A stretch of DNA of 63,186 bases, counting the filler, from Pelomyxa schiedti (taxonomy: Eukaryota > Protista > Evosea): NCBI GenBank assembly GCA_020536535.1. It is 10 parts of 10 records of this genome, joined end to end, with 100 filler letters (N's around TTAATTAATTAA, not from the genome) between each part and the next. Parts side by side here need not be neighbours in the genome. Positions count along the whole stretch, not along the records: positions 61,911 to 63,186 come from JAHLWZ010002629.1; 9 more parts are not named here. The stretch is one strand, 5' to 3'. This document shows, in pieces, positions 62,383 through 63,186 of this stretch. The position numbers and the translations under genes are program-made. The first letter of the stretch is position 1; every line of letters starts with the position of its first letter. The notes below the pieces were generated by a model. It did not search any database. It saw only the letters and a program-made list of their open reading frames with translations, and was not told where the DNA came from.

Positions 62383-63186
62383 ATGCGCCAAAGGAGGGAA
62401 CGCAGTTGGGACCAACCAGAGGAGGCCTCAACGACCGGGAACAACAACAACAACAGCAGCAGCCGCAGCGAGGAGCGGAGGGAGGGCGTGGACCCGAGGA
62501 CAGGGGCTGTGGGGGTGCTGGCGCGGCGGTGCCTGGAGGGCAGCGACCTGGGGGGCGACGTGCTCGCCGCCACCGCCGACCTCAGGAAGCTGCTGTCTGC
62601 TGGTGCGTGTCGACGGTTTTTTGTTTTGTGTTCCGTTTTTCCTTTCTTCTGATTTCCTTGATTGAATCATGATGATGTGAACAGAGGGAAACCCGCCAAT
62701 AGGGATTGTTGTGAACAGTGGGGTGATTCCTCGGCTGATCCAGTTCATGGGGATGGTGTGCTACTCTTTTCTCTTCACTTTTTATTTTCAAATGATTTCT
62801 GTGGACCGCAGTTGGATTACCCAAAACTCCAATACGAGGCAGCATGGGCAATCACCAACGGTGACCCTTATTCTTCTTATTCTCTGATGACCTCACAACT
62901 CTGACAGTTTCCAGTGGAACAACTGCTGAAACCGAGGAAGTGATCAAAAATGGTGGCGTTAGTGCCTTATTGTCACTGCTTGCATCCCATGATCTTGAGT
63001 TGTGTGAACAGGTTTTTCTTCGTCTTATTTCCAACTATTGGTACCAACTGGACCCTTTTCCCTTCTTTTTTTCCTCCCTCTTTCATAGGCTATTTGGGGG
63101 CTTGGAAACATTGCCGGTGACTCCACTGCGAATCGTGATCTCATACTTTCACTGCATGCCATCCCTTTGATCCTCGCACTCATTTC
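62383..63186 (+). CDS. KPNA: Importin alpha (karyopherin alpha), 3'-partial
   Basis: LRKLLSA|EGNPPI, GVIPRLIQF, LQYEAAWAITN|VSSG, EQ|AIWGLGNIAGDS. Confidence 0.92.

Overview
Eukaryotic draft-assembly sequence with short GT-AG introns. It is ten unrelated contigs or scaffolds joined by artificial N44-TTAATTAATTAA-N44 linkers, plus five plain 100-N scaffold gaps. Gene content and intron style suggest an amoebozoan protist. From memory the expanded 'ARDQF' and ankyrin-like families resemble Pelomyxa hypothetical proteins; this is not verified. Contig 1 (1-14896) is a cluster of small GTPases and ubiquitin-ligase adaptors: an ARF-like GTPase lacking the catalytic Gln, two TRIM-like RING/B-box genes, four KCTD-type BTB genes, and a spliced Rho-like GTPase + F-box + Vint-type Hint fusion. 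That fusion is the top finding and is only partly visible in the ORF track. Other contigs carry bacterial-type secreted proteins that contain introns (CAP/SCP protein, S33 alpha/beta hydrolase, Cthe_2159-like beta-helix). They also carry two F-box paralogs, presenilin, a CaaX small GTPase, a PHOSPHO-like HAD phosphatase, a spliced putative winged-helix + caspase/CHAT-like protease, a SEL1-repeat protein, a Tyr-kinase-like kinase, an EF-hand protein, a dsRBD-like fragment and importin alpha. Contig 3 is most likely two interleaved haplotypes. Non-coding oddities are a four-hairpin GC-rich cassette, a 20-bp perfect inverted repeat pair and a pair of inverted palindromic sites. All gene models were spliced by eye and all domain calls are motif recognition; no database search was run.
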